Made by a program: the position numbers and the translations under genes. A DNA stretch of 64,000 nucleotides. It comes from Longimicrobiales bacterium. GTDB taxonomy: Bacteria; Gemmatimonadota; Gemmatimonadetes; Longimicrobiales; Gaopeijiaceae. Positions within the stretch are counted from its first letter, which is position 1. Every line of letters starts with the position of its first letter. The stretch covers positions 3,072,001 through 3,136,000 of the forward strand of contig OZ241869.1 in assembly GCA_965202805.1 (NCBI GenBank), in the 5' to 3' direction. A model generated the notes under the pieces. The model worked only from the letters and a program-made list of their open reading frames with translations, did no database searches and was not told the origin of the DNA. Below are positions 30,755 through 42,000 of this stretch, one piece after another.

Positions 30755-32692
30755 TTGCAACCATCCGGCTACGTGCGGGCGTCCGCGAGATGGGTCGGGA
30801 TCCTGGCGCTTCTGCTCTCCGCGAGCTGCCGCGCGCCGCTGGAACTCGCCCCCAGCGACGCCGAGGAAGTCCTCTCGCGCCAGCTTCTGGAAGCGCCCGA
30901 TCCCGGTCGGCGCGGCCCTCATGAGGTGCGCACGCTCTACTACGGCAGCGGCACCGACAGGAACCGGGCCGAGTACCGGGACTCGGTCACCTACCTGACC
31001 GAGCCGGTGGACGCCTCGAAGCTGGTCGACCTCGGTTCATCGGCGGAGAGCCGCAACAGCTACTGGGGCTTCGAGCCCGATCGGTTCCCGCTCAACGCGC
31101 GCGTCTGGTATCCGGTCGGCGGCGGGCCCTTCCCGCTGGTCCTGGTGGTGCACGGCAACCACAACATGCGCGACTTCTCGGATCCCGGGTACGACTACCT
31201 GGGCGAGCTGCTGGCCAGCCGGGGGTACATCCTGGCGTCCGTGGACATGAACTTCATCAACGGCGGCATCCGGGGCGAGAACGACGCCCGGGGCTGGTTC
31301 CTGCTGCAGCACGTCGGAGTCTGGCAGCGGTTCAACGAGGACGAGGACAACCTCTTCCACGGGCGCGTGGACATGGAGCGCATCGCGCTCATCGGGCATT
31401 CGCGGGGAGGAGAGGCGGTGGGCCATGCCGCGGCGTTCAATCGCCTCGAGCGCTACCCCGACGACGCGTCCCTCGAGTTCGACTTCGACTACGACATCCG
31501 CGCGATCATCGCCATCGCCCCGGTGGACGGGCAGTACCTGCCCTCCAACCGTTTCGTGCCGGTGGAGAACGTCAACTACATGGTCTTCCACGGGTCGCAC
31601 GACGGCGACGTGACCAGCTTTCACGGCCTGCGCCTGTACAAGCGCGTGGAGTTCACCGACGGTCAGCCGCGCCTGAAGACCGCCATCTGGGTCTACCGGG
31701 CCAACCACGGACAGTGGAATACGGTCTGGGGCGCGCACGACAACGGCCCCCGCAGCGGGCGCATCCTGGACCTGCGCGCGCTCATGCCCGGCGAGGACCA
31801 GCGGCGCTTCGCGGAGATCTACATCTCGGCCTTCCTGGAGACCACGCTGCGGGACGACAGTCGCTATCTGCCGATGTTCCGGGATCACCGGGTGATCGGC
31901 GGGTGGCTGCCGAAGACCATGTACGTGACCCGCTTCCAGACCGGGAGCTTCCGCGCGCTGGCCGATTTCGAGGAGGACATCGACGTCACCTCGGGAACCC
32001 ATCCCGGGGTTCGCATGCGCGGCGACAGCCTGTCGACCTGGCGGGAGGCCCGGATCGGCCTGCGGTCGAGCAACCGGCCGGAAACCTCGGCGTCTCAGGA
32101 CAACCAGGCCGTGTGGCTGGGCTGGAACAACCGCATCGCGGGGGCGGACACGCTGGGGCCGGCCGCGGCGTACACCATCGAGCTCCCCGCAACGCTCGCC
32201 TCCGAGTGGGAGCTCGGGCCCGACGCTTCCCTGGAGTTGTCGCTGTCGGTCACCCGGGCGACGCCCGGGCCGCGCAGCGCCGGGGACGATGCGGACGAGG
32301 CCGGGGACAGGGAGGAGGGCGGCGAAGCCGGCGACGAAGAAGATGATGAGGACGACGCGCCGCCCGACCTGAGCATCGTGGCGCGGGATGGCAGCGGAGC
32401 GGTTGCCTCCGTGCCGCTCAGCCGCTACGGGCCGGTGCGCAAGCCGCTGGAGATGCGGGTGCTCCGCCGCCGCGACCTCGAGGACGACCGCTTCGCCAAT
32501 CTCTTCGAGCTGCTCCTGCAGAGCTACTCGATTCCGCTGGCGGACTTCGTGGAGGCGGCTCCCGGGCTGCGGCTGGACCAACTCACGGAGGTGGGGCTGG
32601 TCTTCGACCGGACGGTCGCGGGCGAGGTCGTGCTGGACGACGTGGGGTTCGCGCGCATGGATCCGGCCTACACGGCGGTGCGGGTGCCCTGA
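30755..32692 (+). CDS. Alpha/beta-hydrolase lipoprotein
   Basis: Lipobox-like LSASC; VVHGNH; GHSRGG nucleophile elbow; DGDV; ANHGQWNT. Start uncertain. Confidence 0.85.
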   Translation: MQPSGYVRASARWVGILALLLSASCRAPLELAPSDAEEVLSRQLLEAPDPGRRGPHEVRTLYYGSGTDRNRAEYRDSVTYLTEPVDASKLVDLGSSAESRNSYWGFEPDRFPLNARVWYPVGGGPFPLVLVVHGNHNMRDFSDPGYDYLGELLASRGYILASVDMNFINGGIRGENDARGWFLLQHVGVWQRFNEDEDNLFHGRVDMERIALIGHSRGGEAVGHAAAFNRLERYPDDASLEFDFDYDIRAIIAIAPVDGQYLPSNRFVPVENVNYMVFHGSHDGDVTSFHGLRLYKRVEFTDGQPRLKTAIWVYRANHGQWNTVWGAHDNGPRSGRILDLRALMPGEDQRRFAEIYISAFLETTLRDDSRYLPMFRDHRVIGGWLPKTMYVTRFQTGSFRALADFEEDIDVTSGTHPGVRMRGDSLSTWREARIGLRSSNRPETSASQDNQAVWLGWNNRIAGADTLGPAAAYTIELPATLASEWELGPDASLELSLSVTRATPGPRSAGDDADEAGDREEGGEAGDEEDDEDDAPPDLSIVARDGSGAVASVPLSRYGPVRKPLEMRVLRRRDLEDDRFANLFELLLQSYSIPLADFVEAAPGLRLDQLTEVGLVFDRTVAGEVVLDDVGFARMDPAYTAVRVP

Positions 32693-32701
32693 GCCGCCAG
32701 C

Positions 32702-33649
32702 CTATCGCCAGCTCAAGCCGAAGCGGTGGGCCGCCTCGCCGCCGTCGTAGCGCTGCCAGGCGTAGTCGATGGCGAGCCGGTCGCCGTTGAACGCCCCCCC
32801 GAACGTGACCGGGTGACCGAAGCCGTCCGGGGGTCGTCTCACCCCCACCCGGGCCGTGAAGGTGCGCCCGCGCACGGGCCAGTAGGCGACCTCCATCCCC
32901 GCCCCCGGGACGACCGTGCCATCGGCCTCGCGGGAGACGGCGGCGCTCCAGCCCAGGTCGAGCGGTCCCACCGGGATGGCCGGGGTGGAGCCGCCCGCGG
33001 TGACCCGAACGGGGAGCGGGACTTCGACATCGCCCAGGGTGAGCCCCGGTCCGAGGTTTTGCACGGCGAGCCCCAGCCGCGCGCGCCCGGCCCCGACGGC
33101 CACACCCAGGTCGACGGCTCCCGTGGCGTCGTGATGGCCACCCAGGCGCTGGTCCACCAGCTTGCCGGTGATGCCGGCCCGCACGCCCCCCACTTCCCGC
33201 GCGTATCCCACCGAAACAGCGACTTCCGCCGCTGCCGTCTTCCCGTTGGTGAAGAGCGACTGTGCGTCGTGCGCCAGGACGCCGGCACCGCGGTCCGGCA
33301 TCCCGTACCCGAGGGTCTGAACCCCGACGGCCACGCTGGCCGAGGACCAGTCTCCGGCGCCCGACACCGTGCTCAGCAGGCTCGCGGTCCCGAAGCGCTG
33401 CATCGCCCCGCCGATCACTCCGTTGCCTCCGATCAGGGCCGGGTTGTGGAAGACGGCATCGCTGTCGTCGCCCACCATGTGGAAGGCGCCCCCCAGCGCC
33501 AGCCCGCGGGTGCTGGCGGGCATCTCGAGCACGAGGGGCCCGTGTTTGGTGGACTGGGCTCGCCCGTCAGCGGGGGCTGTAGCCCACGCGGCCAACAGGG
33601 CCAGCGCGCCCAGCACCGCGGCGGCGATCCGCCCGGAGCGCGCTGGCAT
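32702..33649 (-). CDS. PorV/FadL-like outer-membrane beta-barrel
   Basis: Signal peptide; STRGLALGGAF..AVFHNPAL; alternating beta strands; ends HRFGLSWR. Start uncertain (33649/33718/33742). Confidence 0.65.
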   Translation of the reverse strand: MPARSGRIAAAVLGALALLAAWATAPADGRAQSTKHGPLVLEMPASTRGLALGGAFHMVGDDSDAVFHNPALIGGNGVIGGAMQRFGTASLLSTVSGAGDWSSASVAVGVQTLGYGMPDRGAGVLAHDAQSLFTNGKTAAAEVAVSVGYAREVGGVRAGITGKLVDQRLGGHHDATGAVDLGVAVGAGRARLGLAVQNLGPGLTLGDVEVPLPVRVTAGGSTPAIPVGPLDLGWSAAVSREADGTVVPGAGMEVAYWPVRGRTFTARVGVRRPPDGFGHPVTFGGAFNGDRLAIDYAWQRYDGGEAAHRFGLSWR

Positions 33650-33704
33650 GCCGAGGACGGCCGACGTGCGTCTCAAGAGAAGTTTCCGGGTCGGTGGGGC
33701 AAAG

Positions 33705-35132
33705 TCAGACGGGGCCATCCTCCCAGGGTCCCCACATCGCATAGGTGCCGCTCGCTAGGGTTCCGCCCGCCTGCCGGTCGCCCTGCTGGTTGAAGAAGAG
33801 CACCCGGCCGTCGGGACTGAAGCACGACCCCGCGAACTCGCCGGCCAACTGCCTCCCCGGATCCAGCGGTGCGCGCGCCAGGTTGACGATCCTGCCTTCG
33901 CGGTCGAGGGCGCGCACGTACTGGTCGCCGGTCCCGTCCTCGCACATGACCAGCCCGCCGCGCGGGCTCACCACCAGGTTGTCCGGGCTGTCCAGGACAT
34001 CCGGACCCGGAGACTCGAACACCAGGGTCAGTTCGCCCTCCTCGGCGGAGGTCGGCCGGTAGTGGAAGACCTGCCCGGAAGTCTCGTCTCCCCCGCTGGT
34101 GGAGACCACATAGATGCCCCCATCGCCGTAAAACGCACCCTCCAGGCGGGCGAAGCGCGCGGCACCCCGGTCGAGACCCTGCCTGAAGACCGCCAACTGA
34201 TCGTCCTCGGCCTCCTCCGGATCGGGATCGTCGATGTCCACCCAGTGAGCGGGGAGGACCACTCCCGGCGTCTGGTTACGGGCAGTCAGGTAGCCGGGCT
34301 CGCCGGTCACGGCCATCATCTGCAGCCTTCCGCCGGCCGCCAGCACCCCCGGCTCATCGGGAATGAAGCGGTAGAGGCCCGCGCCGGGCCGGATTCCCGG
34401 GACGTACCACGTGTCCTCCGTCTCATACACGATCCCGGTCTCGGGATCGACCGCCACCGCCTCGTGCACGAAGCGCCCCATGGCCTTGAGCGGCACCGCA
34501 TCCACCGGCCCCGTGGCAGCCGCGGGCACCTCGTAGATGTACCCGTGCGGCCTGTCGAAACCGTCGCCCGGTCCCTCGGTGGTCTCTTCGCACGACAGCC
34601 AGCTTCCCCACGGGGTCGGGCCGCCCGCACAGTTGATGCGCGTGCCCGCGAGGGAAGCAAACTCGTCAACCAGCTCCACGCGCAGTCCATCGCCCTCACC
34701 CGAAATGCGCACTTCGAGCGAGGTCGTTCCCCCGCTTCCGGTACGATCGTAGTACGGGGTGCCGATCGGCCGTGCGGAGTCCGCCGGGTCGATCATCTCG
34801 TGATTGCGAATCAGGCGAACGTTGCCGTTGGGAAGCGGAAACGCGGCCATGCCGTCAAACGCGTTGGGGACCAGGAATCCATCCCGCACGGTCGAAGGCA
34901 CTCCCCCCGAACTCAAACGCACGCACCGGAGCCGCTCCGGGATCTCGATCTCGGGGCAGTCGGGCGAGCGCACCAGCGGGCCGTACGGTTCGATGGTGAC
35001 CGGTCTGCGGGCTTCGTCCGAGCTTCGGCCTCCGCCACCGCACGCCACCAGCCCGGCCAGCGACGGCGTGAGGGCGGCGAATCCCCCGGCGGAGAACATC
35101 CGTGAGAGAAACTTTCTGCGTCCCAGGGTCAT
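33705..35132 (-). CDS. PhoX-like (DUF839) Tat-exported alkaline phosphatase
   Basis: RRKFL Tat motif; DGMAAF, IRNHE, NCAGGPTPWGSWLSCEE, GRFVHEA, PDNL, MCEDG, EFAG. Confidence 0.9.
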   Translation of the reverse strand: MTLGRRKFLSRMFSAGGFAALTPSLAGLVACGGGGRSSDEARRPVTIEPYGPLVRSPDCPEIEIPERLRCVRLSSGGVPSTVRDGFLVPNAFDGMAAFPLPNGNVRLIRNHEMIDPADSARPIGTPYYDRTGSGGTTSLEVRISGEGDGLRVELVDEFASLAGTRINCAGGPTPWGSWLSCEETTEGPGDGFDRPHGYIYEVPAAATGPVDAVPLKAMGRFVHEAVAVDPETGIVYETEDTWYVPGIRPGAGLYRFIPDEPGVLAAGGRLQMMAVTGEPGYLTARNQTPGVVLPAHWVDIDDPDPEEAEDDQLAVFRQGLDRGAARFARLEGAFYGDGGIYVVSTSGGDETSGQVFHYRPTSAEEGELTLVFESPGPDVLDSPDNLVVSPRGGLVMCEDGTGDQYVRALDREGRIVNLARAPLDPGRQLAGEFAGSCFSPDGRVLFFNQQGDRQAGGTLASGTYAMWGPWEDGPV

Positions 35133-35336
35133 GTCAGGATTTCCCGAAAGGAGGAGTTGGGTGCTTGAGAGCGCCCGGCAGTCCATCGATCACTCGATGA
35201 ACCCATCGACGACGCAACGAATGAAGTATGGTGTGAAACGGCCGGCCGTGCCCATGCGGGCGCCGTAACGATCCTGTACCACCGCGCACCCCTGGTCGTG
35301 CCCGCGCCCCCCCCATCGGGTCCCGCGCGCCCCCGA

Positions 35337-36026
35337 TCAAATCAGCCGCAGCTGCTCTCCCACCGGGCGCAGGATGTCGGCGTCGTCGTTCCGCACGCTG
35401 TTCACCCGACTGCTGACGGCCCGCCGTTCATACGGTCCGGGATGGGGAGCGCACAGCCTCTCGAACAGCTCACGCGCCGCCGTGGAAGGGTCGAGCCACT
35501 CCGCGAACCACTCCGGGTCCACGATGGCGGGCTGGCGATGGTGGATGTCGGCGAGCTCGGCCGAGGCCGGCGTGGTGAGAATCGCGAAGGACTCGATCAC
35601 GTCGCGTCTCGTTTCCCAGCGCTCCCAGACCCCGGCGAAGGAGACGGGCGCCCCGGCGGCGAAGGTGAGATGGAACGGCTGCGGCGCCCGGGAGGGACCC
35701 TGCCACTCGAACCAGCCGTCGGCGGGGACGAGGCAGCGCCGCTCGCGAAAGGCGTCCGCGAATGCGCGCTTCTCGTGAACCGTTTCCGCGCGCGCGTTGA
35801 TGAGCGGCGGCCCCGTTCCCGCATCCCTCCACCACGAGGGCACCAGGCCCCAGCGGAGCTCCGCGATGCGCCGGCTGCCGCCGCCATCGATGCGGCAGAC
35901 CGCGAAGTCCTGCGTCGGAGCGCCGTTGTAGCGGGGCTCCCGCGCAAACGATGGCGGAGCCTGCGTCACACCGTACAGGTCGCAGACTTCCTGCGGCGTC
36001 AACTTCTGGGTGAAGCGGCCACACAT
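35337..36026 (-). CDS. SOS response-associated peptidase (SRAP; YedK/HMCES family, abasic-site crosslinking)
   Basis: MCGRF N-terminus, RWGLVPSW, INARAET, RRCLVPADGWFEW, IHHRQP. Confidence 0.95.
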   Translation of the reverse strand: MCGRFTQKLTPQEVCDLYGVTQAPPSFAREPRYNGAPTQDFAVCRIDGGGSRRIAELRWGLVPSWWRDAGTGPPLINARAETVHEKRAFADAFRERRCLVPADGWFEWQGPSRAPQPFHLTFAAGAPVSFAGVWERWETRRDVIESFAILTTPASAELADIHHRQPAIVDPEWFAEWLDPSTAARELFERLCAPHPGPYERRAVSSRVNSVRNDDADILRPVGEQLRLI

Positions 36027-36262
36027 GAACGGATGTTCCTGGTCTTGCGGGTCGGGAACGGACCTGTGGCAAGCTCCCTCGATTTCACCGACGGTGCAAG
36101 GGAATCGCGCCACGCTCCCTTCTTCCGGAGGCCGCCGCTGCCCGCCGCCGCGCCTGCAAGCGGGCCCCGTCCATGGACGCCGCCTTCGGATTGGCGCGAC
36201 GCGGGCGCCCGGAACATCTTTGGAGGAACCTGTTGCCACGCCTGCAAACCGACGTGAACGGC

Positions 36263-37345
36263 ATGTTCAAGACGGGCTACATCCTGAATCGCCGGGCGGA
36301 CATCGTCTGGTTCCTCGGGCTGCCCTTCTTCGCCGTCGCGATGGCGCTGGGCTTCCAGGCGTGGCTTCCCTATGTGGCGGTGGCGTCGATCAACCTGTGG
36401 ATCACGATCCCCCACCACTACGCAGGATGGGTGCGCTCCTACGGCATGCCCGACATCTGGGAGCGCTTCAGGAACCGCCTCATCGCGGGCCCGCTGGTGA
36501 TCGTCGGCTTCACCATCCTGGGGCTCCAGTTCGCGCCCATCACCCTGCTGCTGCTGGTCACCGCCTGGGACCATCAGCACAGCCTCATGCAGCAGCACGG
36601 ACTCGCGCGCATCTACGACTTCAAGGCCGGCGCCGGGCTCCCCTCGACGCGCCGCTTCGACCTCGGCCTGCACTGCGTGCTGTACGGCTACATGTTCGTG
36701 AGCGCGCCCATGTTCCGCTTCCTCTGGATCCGCGAGCTGCACCGGATGCACGTGCCGGTGTCGGCGGGCTTCGTGGACGGGCTGCTCACGGTCAGCCAGA
36801 TCGTGCTGGTCGGATACCTGGTCGTCTACGCCCTGCATCTCCGCCGGATCCTGGCCGAGGGCGGCACCATCAACCCCATCAAGTACCTCTTCATCGGGGC
36901 CAGCTACTTCCTCTGGTACTTCGTGGCCTGGCAGACCACGTCGATCCTGCTCTACGCGGTCGCGCACCGCCTCATGCACGGCGTCCAGTACATCGTCATG
37001 GTGTATTCCTACATGCGCCGCACCGCGAGCAAGGGGACCTCGCGACCCGGTTTCTGGTCCCGGGTGACCGGCAGGGGCAGGCTTCGCTGGTTCCTGGTGG
37101 GCGGGGCGGCCTACGCCGTGCTCTTCCAGCTCCTCATCAACCGTCCGCTGGACGAGTTCGGGTTCGGAGTGGTGAACTTCGCCCCCTATCCCGCGCTGCC
37201 CGAGTTCGGGATCCCGGCGCTCGACTACTCCAGCGGATACGCGCTCTTTTCGCAGATGATGGTCTACGCCTACGGGCTCATGCACTACTACCTCGACTCG
37301 TTCATCTGGAAGGTGCGCGACAAGCAGACGCAGCGGGGGCTTTAG
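36263..37345 (+). CDS. Polytopic membrane protein with conserved His clusters
   Basis: Many TM segments; PHHY, WDHQH, HRLMHGVQY, MHYYLDSFIWK. Confidence 0.75.
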   Translation: MFKTGYILNRRADIVWFLGLPFFAVAMALGFQAWLPYVAVASINLWITIPHHYAGWVRSYGMPDIWERFRNRLIAGPLVIVGFTILGLQFAPITLLLLVTAWDHQHSLMQQHGLARIYDFKAGAGLPSTRRFDLGLHCVLYGYMFVSAPMFRFLWIRELHRMHVPVSAGFVDGLLTVSQIVLVGYLVVYALHLRRILAEGGTINPIKYLFIGASYFLWYFVAWQTTSILLYAVAHRLMHGVQYIVMVYSYMRRTASKGTSRPGFWSRVTGRGRLRWFLVGGAAYAVLFQLLINRPLDEFGFGVVNFAPYPALPEFGIPALDYSSGYALFSQMMVYAYGLMHYYLDSFIWKVRDKQTQRGL

Positions 37346-37386
37346 CTGAAGCTGATGGAGGGCTCGCTGATGGAGGACACGCAGGC

Positions 37387-38058
37387 GTGATCTCGGACTG
37401 GTATCGGCGCTACCGCATGCTGATCGGCATCTACACGATCGCCGTCGTCGTGGGAGCCCGGGAGTATCTGGTGTCGCGCGGGCAGGACCCGGTCGACTTC
37501 CTGAACGAGAAGTGGGGGGACATGACCGACGTGGTGTCGGCCATCAACCCCGGAGACCCGGACACGGAGTTCCTGGAGGCGGTGCAGGCGCTGCAGCAGG
37601 GCGACGAGGAGACCTTCCTGGAGCACATGGAGGAGGCGCTCACATCCGACGTGAAGCACAACGACCTGCTGCTCCAGTCGTACGCGCAGCATCTCCTCAA
37701 CAGCGGGGCGGACCACGAGCAGGTGAACGCGGCCCTCAACCGCTGGCGCGAGAACCATCCGTTCTCGGTGGATACGGTGTGGCTGCCGCTCGCGACCGGG
37801 CCGCGGGGCGCCACCGACCTGAACGACCTGAACCGCGCCTTCGCCGAGGTGCCCTGGGTGACCGAGACCAGGATCGAGTCCTACGACGACGGCGGCGCCC
37901 AGCGCTGGCGCGCCACCATCACCTTCCGGCCGGGGCAGCCGGTGGACATCAGGGACGCGGTCGCGGCGGCGAGCGTGCTGGCCCTGCCCCCCGGCCAGCG
38001 GCATCTGTACGAAGTGACCTGCGTGAACCTGATCGACTGCAGCGCCTCGCGGCGGTAG
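37387..38058 (+). CDS. Hypothetical membrane-anchored protein
   Basis: GGAGG RBS, GTG start, N-terminal TM, helical repeat-like region. Confidence 0.7.
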   Translation: MISDWYRRYRMLIGIYTIAVVVGAREYLVSRGQDPVDFLNEKWGDMTDVVSAINPGDPDTEFLEAVQALQQGDEETFLEHMEEALTSDVKHNDLLLQSYAQHLLNSGADHEQVNAALNRWRENHPFSVDTVWLPLATGPRGATDLNDLNRAFAEVPWVTETRIESYDDGGAQRWRATITFRPGQPVDIRDAVAAASVLALPPGQRHLYEVTCVNLIDCSASRR

Positions 38059-38084
38059 CGGGCGCTCGCAGACGACGGGTTAGT

Positions 38085-38142
38085 CCCCGAAGTCTGCCAT
38101 TTTGGCAGACGGATTGCCCCGGAGTCTGCCATTTTGGCAGAC
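38085..38142. repeat. REP-like doublet: two copies of palindrome GTCTGCCA-TTT-TGGCAGAC
   Basis: 26-nt direct repeats at 38085-38110 and 38117-38142 (1 mismatch, 32-bp period) between convergent genes. Confidence 0.88.
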
Positions 38143-38151
38143 TTTTCGTCC

Positions 38152-38643
38152 CTAACCTCCTACGGGAACGGAAATCAGCGGCACCATCAGGTCCGGGTCC
38201 GGCTCCGGAGGCAGGGGCTCGCCCTCGGACTCCAGAATGAAGCTGAGGATTGCCGCCACCCCGCCCGCAACGACCCCGACGAAGGCCGAGGTGGCGAGCC
38301 CGTTGAGCGATCGCCGCTCCGTGGCCAGGATCCCGGCTTCGGGGATGCGCAGCGTCTGTTCCAGGCCGACCGCCTGGAAGCCCACCTGCCTTTGCGCGAC
38401 TTCCACCAGCAGCAACAGATCGCCGGCATCCCGTCCGACGACCGTCCCGCGCACGCGAGGCACCGCCGAGTCCACTTCGTGGACCTCGCGGAACCCGTCG
38501 GCCGCATCCTCGGTGATGTAGACCCTCACGGGCTCCCCCGCCGACGCCGCGGCCGTCTCGATCGGTACGTAGCGATAACACGCCGAGGACGGGAGAAGGA
38601 TCGCGACAGTGCAGATGGTGAGCCCCACGGTCGTCCCTCGCAT
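38152..38643 (-). CDS. Hypothetical lipoprotein with C-terminal TM
   Basis: GGAGG RBS; SSAC-YRYVP lipobox; C-terminal hydrophobic helix. Confidence 0.72.
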   Translation of the reverse strand: MRGTTVGLTICTVAILLPSSACYRYVPIETAAASAGEPVRVYITEDAADGFREVHEVDSAVPRVRGTVVGRDAGDLLLLVEVAQRQVGFQAVGLEQTLRIPEAGILATERRSLNGLATSAFVGVVAGGVAAILSFILESEGEPLPPEPDPDLMVPLISVPVGG

Positions 38644-39010
38644 GTCACCTCCCGGACCGGGCGACGGCAACTCGAATACGCTTCCGTCTCTCCCTGGATC
38701 AATGGCGTACCGAGTTGACGATTATCGTCCGGTCGCGCACCCGCGCAAGCCCGGGACTGCCCGACGCCTGCCCGGTTGCGCACGCGTACCGATGCAGACG
38801 CTGCTGCAGGCTGCTTGCGTGACCCCCACTCGCGGTCCATTCTGGAGGTTTGCGGTCAACCCCTCTATTCACCAGCACCAGCGTCAGTTGAGGCGGGCAG
38901 TTCAGTCAACACGCGGTCTGGGAGCTTGTCCCAGGGGCATTTGGTTGGAGTCTGTTTTTTCGGCGCACGGGCGCAACATTCGGTGACCTGTGTCGCCGAA
39001 GGAGGGCTCC

Positions 39011-42000
39011 ATGTCCCGATTGTCCCCGCAGTCTCCGCGCACTTTCCGCGCACCCGGCCGATCCGGCAAGGGAGGGTTGGCCGTTCTGATTGTCCTGGGC
39101 CTGTCGGTCCTCGCCGCCGTGCCCGCGCACGCCCAGAACGGCCGTCTCACGGGCATAGTGACCGATGCGCAGTCGGGTGCACCCATCGGCGAAGTCCAGG
39201 TCTACATCGCCGGCTCCACGCTGGGGACACTGACCCGGTCGAACGGGCGCTACCTCATCCTCAACGTGCCCCCGGGTTCCTACGAGTTGCGGGCGGAGCG
39301 CATCGGCTTCCAGACCGTGACCGAGTCCGTGGACGTGCCTGCCGACGGAACGATGACGAGGGACTTCGCCATGACCACGGAGGCCCTCGGCCTCGATGAG
39401 ATCGTGGTAACGGGCGCGGCGGGCGCCGCGCGCCGGCGCGAGATCGGCAACGCCATCGCCCAGATCAACCTCACCGACATCCCCGAACGCGAGGCCAACG
39501 TGTCCGACCTGCTGCAGGCGGCCGCGCCCGGCATTCAGGTGATCGGCGGCAGCAGCGAGCCCGCGCAGGGCAAGCAGATCCGTCTGCGCGGCAACTCCAG
39601 CGTGGCGATGTCGAACCAGCCGATCATCTACGTGGACGGCGTCCGGATCATGGACGACGCCTTCCCGGTGGTCGCGACGCCGGGGACCGGGCTGGGGCGT
39701 CCATCCCTCATCACGGTGACCCCGCTCGACATGATCAACCCCAACGACATCGAGCGCATCGAGGTCATCAAGGGGTCCGCGGCGACCACCCTGTATGGGA
39801 CGGAGGCCTCGGCCGGCGTGATCCAGGTCTTCACCAAGCGCGGCTCTGCCGGTGCGCCGGTGTGGACCGCGGAGATCCAGCAGGGGACGGGATGGATGCA
39901 GCCGTTCGGCGCGCCCGGCGGCGACTTCATCCAGATGGAACACTACATGCGCGATGCCTGGTGGGGCGGCGGGTACGAGGGCGGCCAGTATTCCACGGAC
40001 TGCGTCACCGACGACGACCGCTGGAAAGGTGTGAACTCGAGCGCCAGTGGCCCGTGCAGCTTCCCCGGGTCGGTGTGGTTCCAGAACTACCTCCTCTCGG
40101 TCCGAGGTGGTGGCCAGGCGCTGCAGTACTTCATCTCGGGGCAGTATCAGGACGACAGCTACGTGCTCGCCAACGACGAGCTGGAGAAGTACAACTTCCG
40201 CGGCAACTTCACGATGACGCCGGTCGAGGATCTCCAGATCCAGTGGAACACGGGGTATACCAGCCAGTGGCTGAGCGGGACTCCGTCGGGCAACAACGCC
40301 GAGGGCATCCAGCTGAACGCCTTCCGCCAGGAGCGCAACTACGTGGGTTCGGCCGATCCGCGGGAGATCGGCAAGCTTCTGGAATACGAGTTCGACCAGC
40401 GCAACGAGCGCCTCAACTCCGGAATCACGCTGACCTACACGCCTCAGGCGCGGCTCACCAACCGCTTCACCTTCGGCTACGACTACTCGAACCAGGAGGG
40501 TGAGAACCAGCGCAACTTCGGCTTCTTCCTCAAGCCGCTGGGTTCACGCACCAACGATACCTTCCAGAGACGGGTGCTCACCTTCGACTACGTGGGGACG
40601 TACAACCTGCCGGTCACGTCCACCATCAACTCCAACTTCTCGTGGGGCGGCCAGGCGATCGGCGACTCGCAGGTGCGACTACGCCTGTTGGGCGAGGACT
40701 TCCCCGGCGCAGCCGAGCCCACGGTGAGTTCCGCGGCCATCAAGGTGGCCGAGGAGGATCGCGAGAAGGTCTGGAACGCGGGCTTCTTCGTCCAGAACGT
40801 CTTCGACATCAGCAACAAGTACTTCGTGACCGGCGGGATCCGGGTCGACGGCAACAGCGCCTTCGGTTCCGGGTTCGGTCTCCAGGTCTACCCCAAGGTG
40901 AGCGGCACCTGGGTGATCAGCGACGAGGACTTCTGGGATGCCGGCCTCGGCTCCATCAAGCTGCGCGCGGCCTATGGCCAGTCCGGCCGGGCTCCGGGAG
41001 CGTTCGACGCGGTCAGGACCTGGGATCCAGCGGGCTACGCGGGTACGCCCGCCTTCACGCCTGCCAACCTGGGGAATCCCGATCTGGGACCGGAGGTGTC
41101 CAGAGAGTGGGAGTTCGGCTTCGACGCCTCGTGGCTCGACGACCGGCTGACGGCCACCTTCACCTACTTCGACCAGCAAACCACCGACGCACTCATGTTC
41201 GTCAGCGCTGTTCCCTCGCAGGGGTTCACGCGGAGCCAGCTCCAGAACGTGGGGACGGTCGGCGCCGACGGGATCGAACTGCAGCTCGACGCGAGGCTGT
41301 TCCAGAGTACCAGTTTCAGCGTAGACGCCGGGCTGGGGGTCAGCACCTACAATTCGGAGGTGATGAGCCTGTGCAAGGGCGAAACCGAGCCGAGCGAAGT
41401 CGTGCTCGCGCGCGATCCCGACGCACAGTGCATCCCTCCGTTCTGGGACCTGAACGGACGGATCATCGAGGGAGAGGCGCTGCCCGTGGAGGTGGGACGC
41501 CGGGTCATCAATCGGGACGAGATCGCCGACCCGCAGTTTGCCGACAATCCGGACACTCCGGCGGCGCCCGGCAGGACCGGGGAGAACGTGATCATCGGGC
41601 CCCAGCTGCCCACCCACACCATCACGCCGTCCCTCGCCGTGCGCCTGCCGGGCAACGTCCTGCTCTCCGCGCGCGGAGAGTACATGGGCGGACATGTGGC
41701 GTACATCAACGAGATCTCCATCAGCCGTTCCGTGCGCTCCCCGCTCTGCTTCCCCTGGTACGTCACTCCCAAGACGTCCATCGAGCTGAAGCCCGAGACG
41801 CCCGCCATATGGCGCGAGCGCTGCACCCCGGGGTTCGCGCGCGACTACTGGTTCGATTCGACCTACTTCAAGCTTCGCAACGTCAGTCTGACCGTGCCCG
41901 TGGACGCCGTGTTCCCGGAAACGGTCTCGAACGCCACGTTCACCGCCACCCTCAGCAACTTCTACGACTGGTACCGCGAGATCCCCTGGTACGACCCGGA

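Noticed and set aside
38085..38142. Possible mini-CRISPR array
   Set aside because: Only two repeats separated by 6 nt, and no cas genes in the window.
38700..39000. Riboswitch upstream of the SusC-like gene
   Set aside because: Only a weak hairpin (38881-38914); I recognised no cobalamin, TPP or other aptamer consensus.
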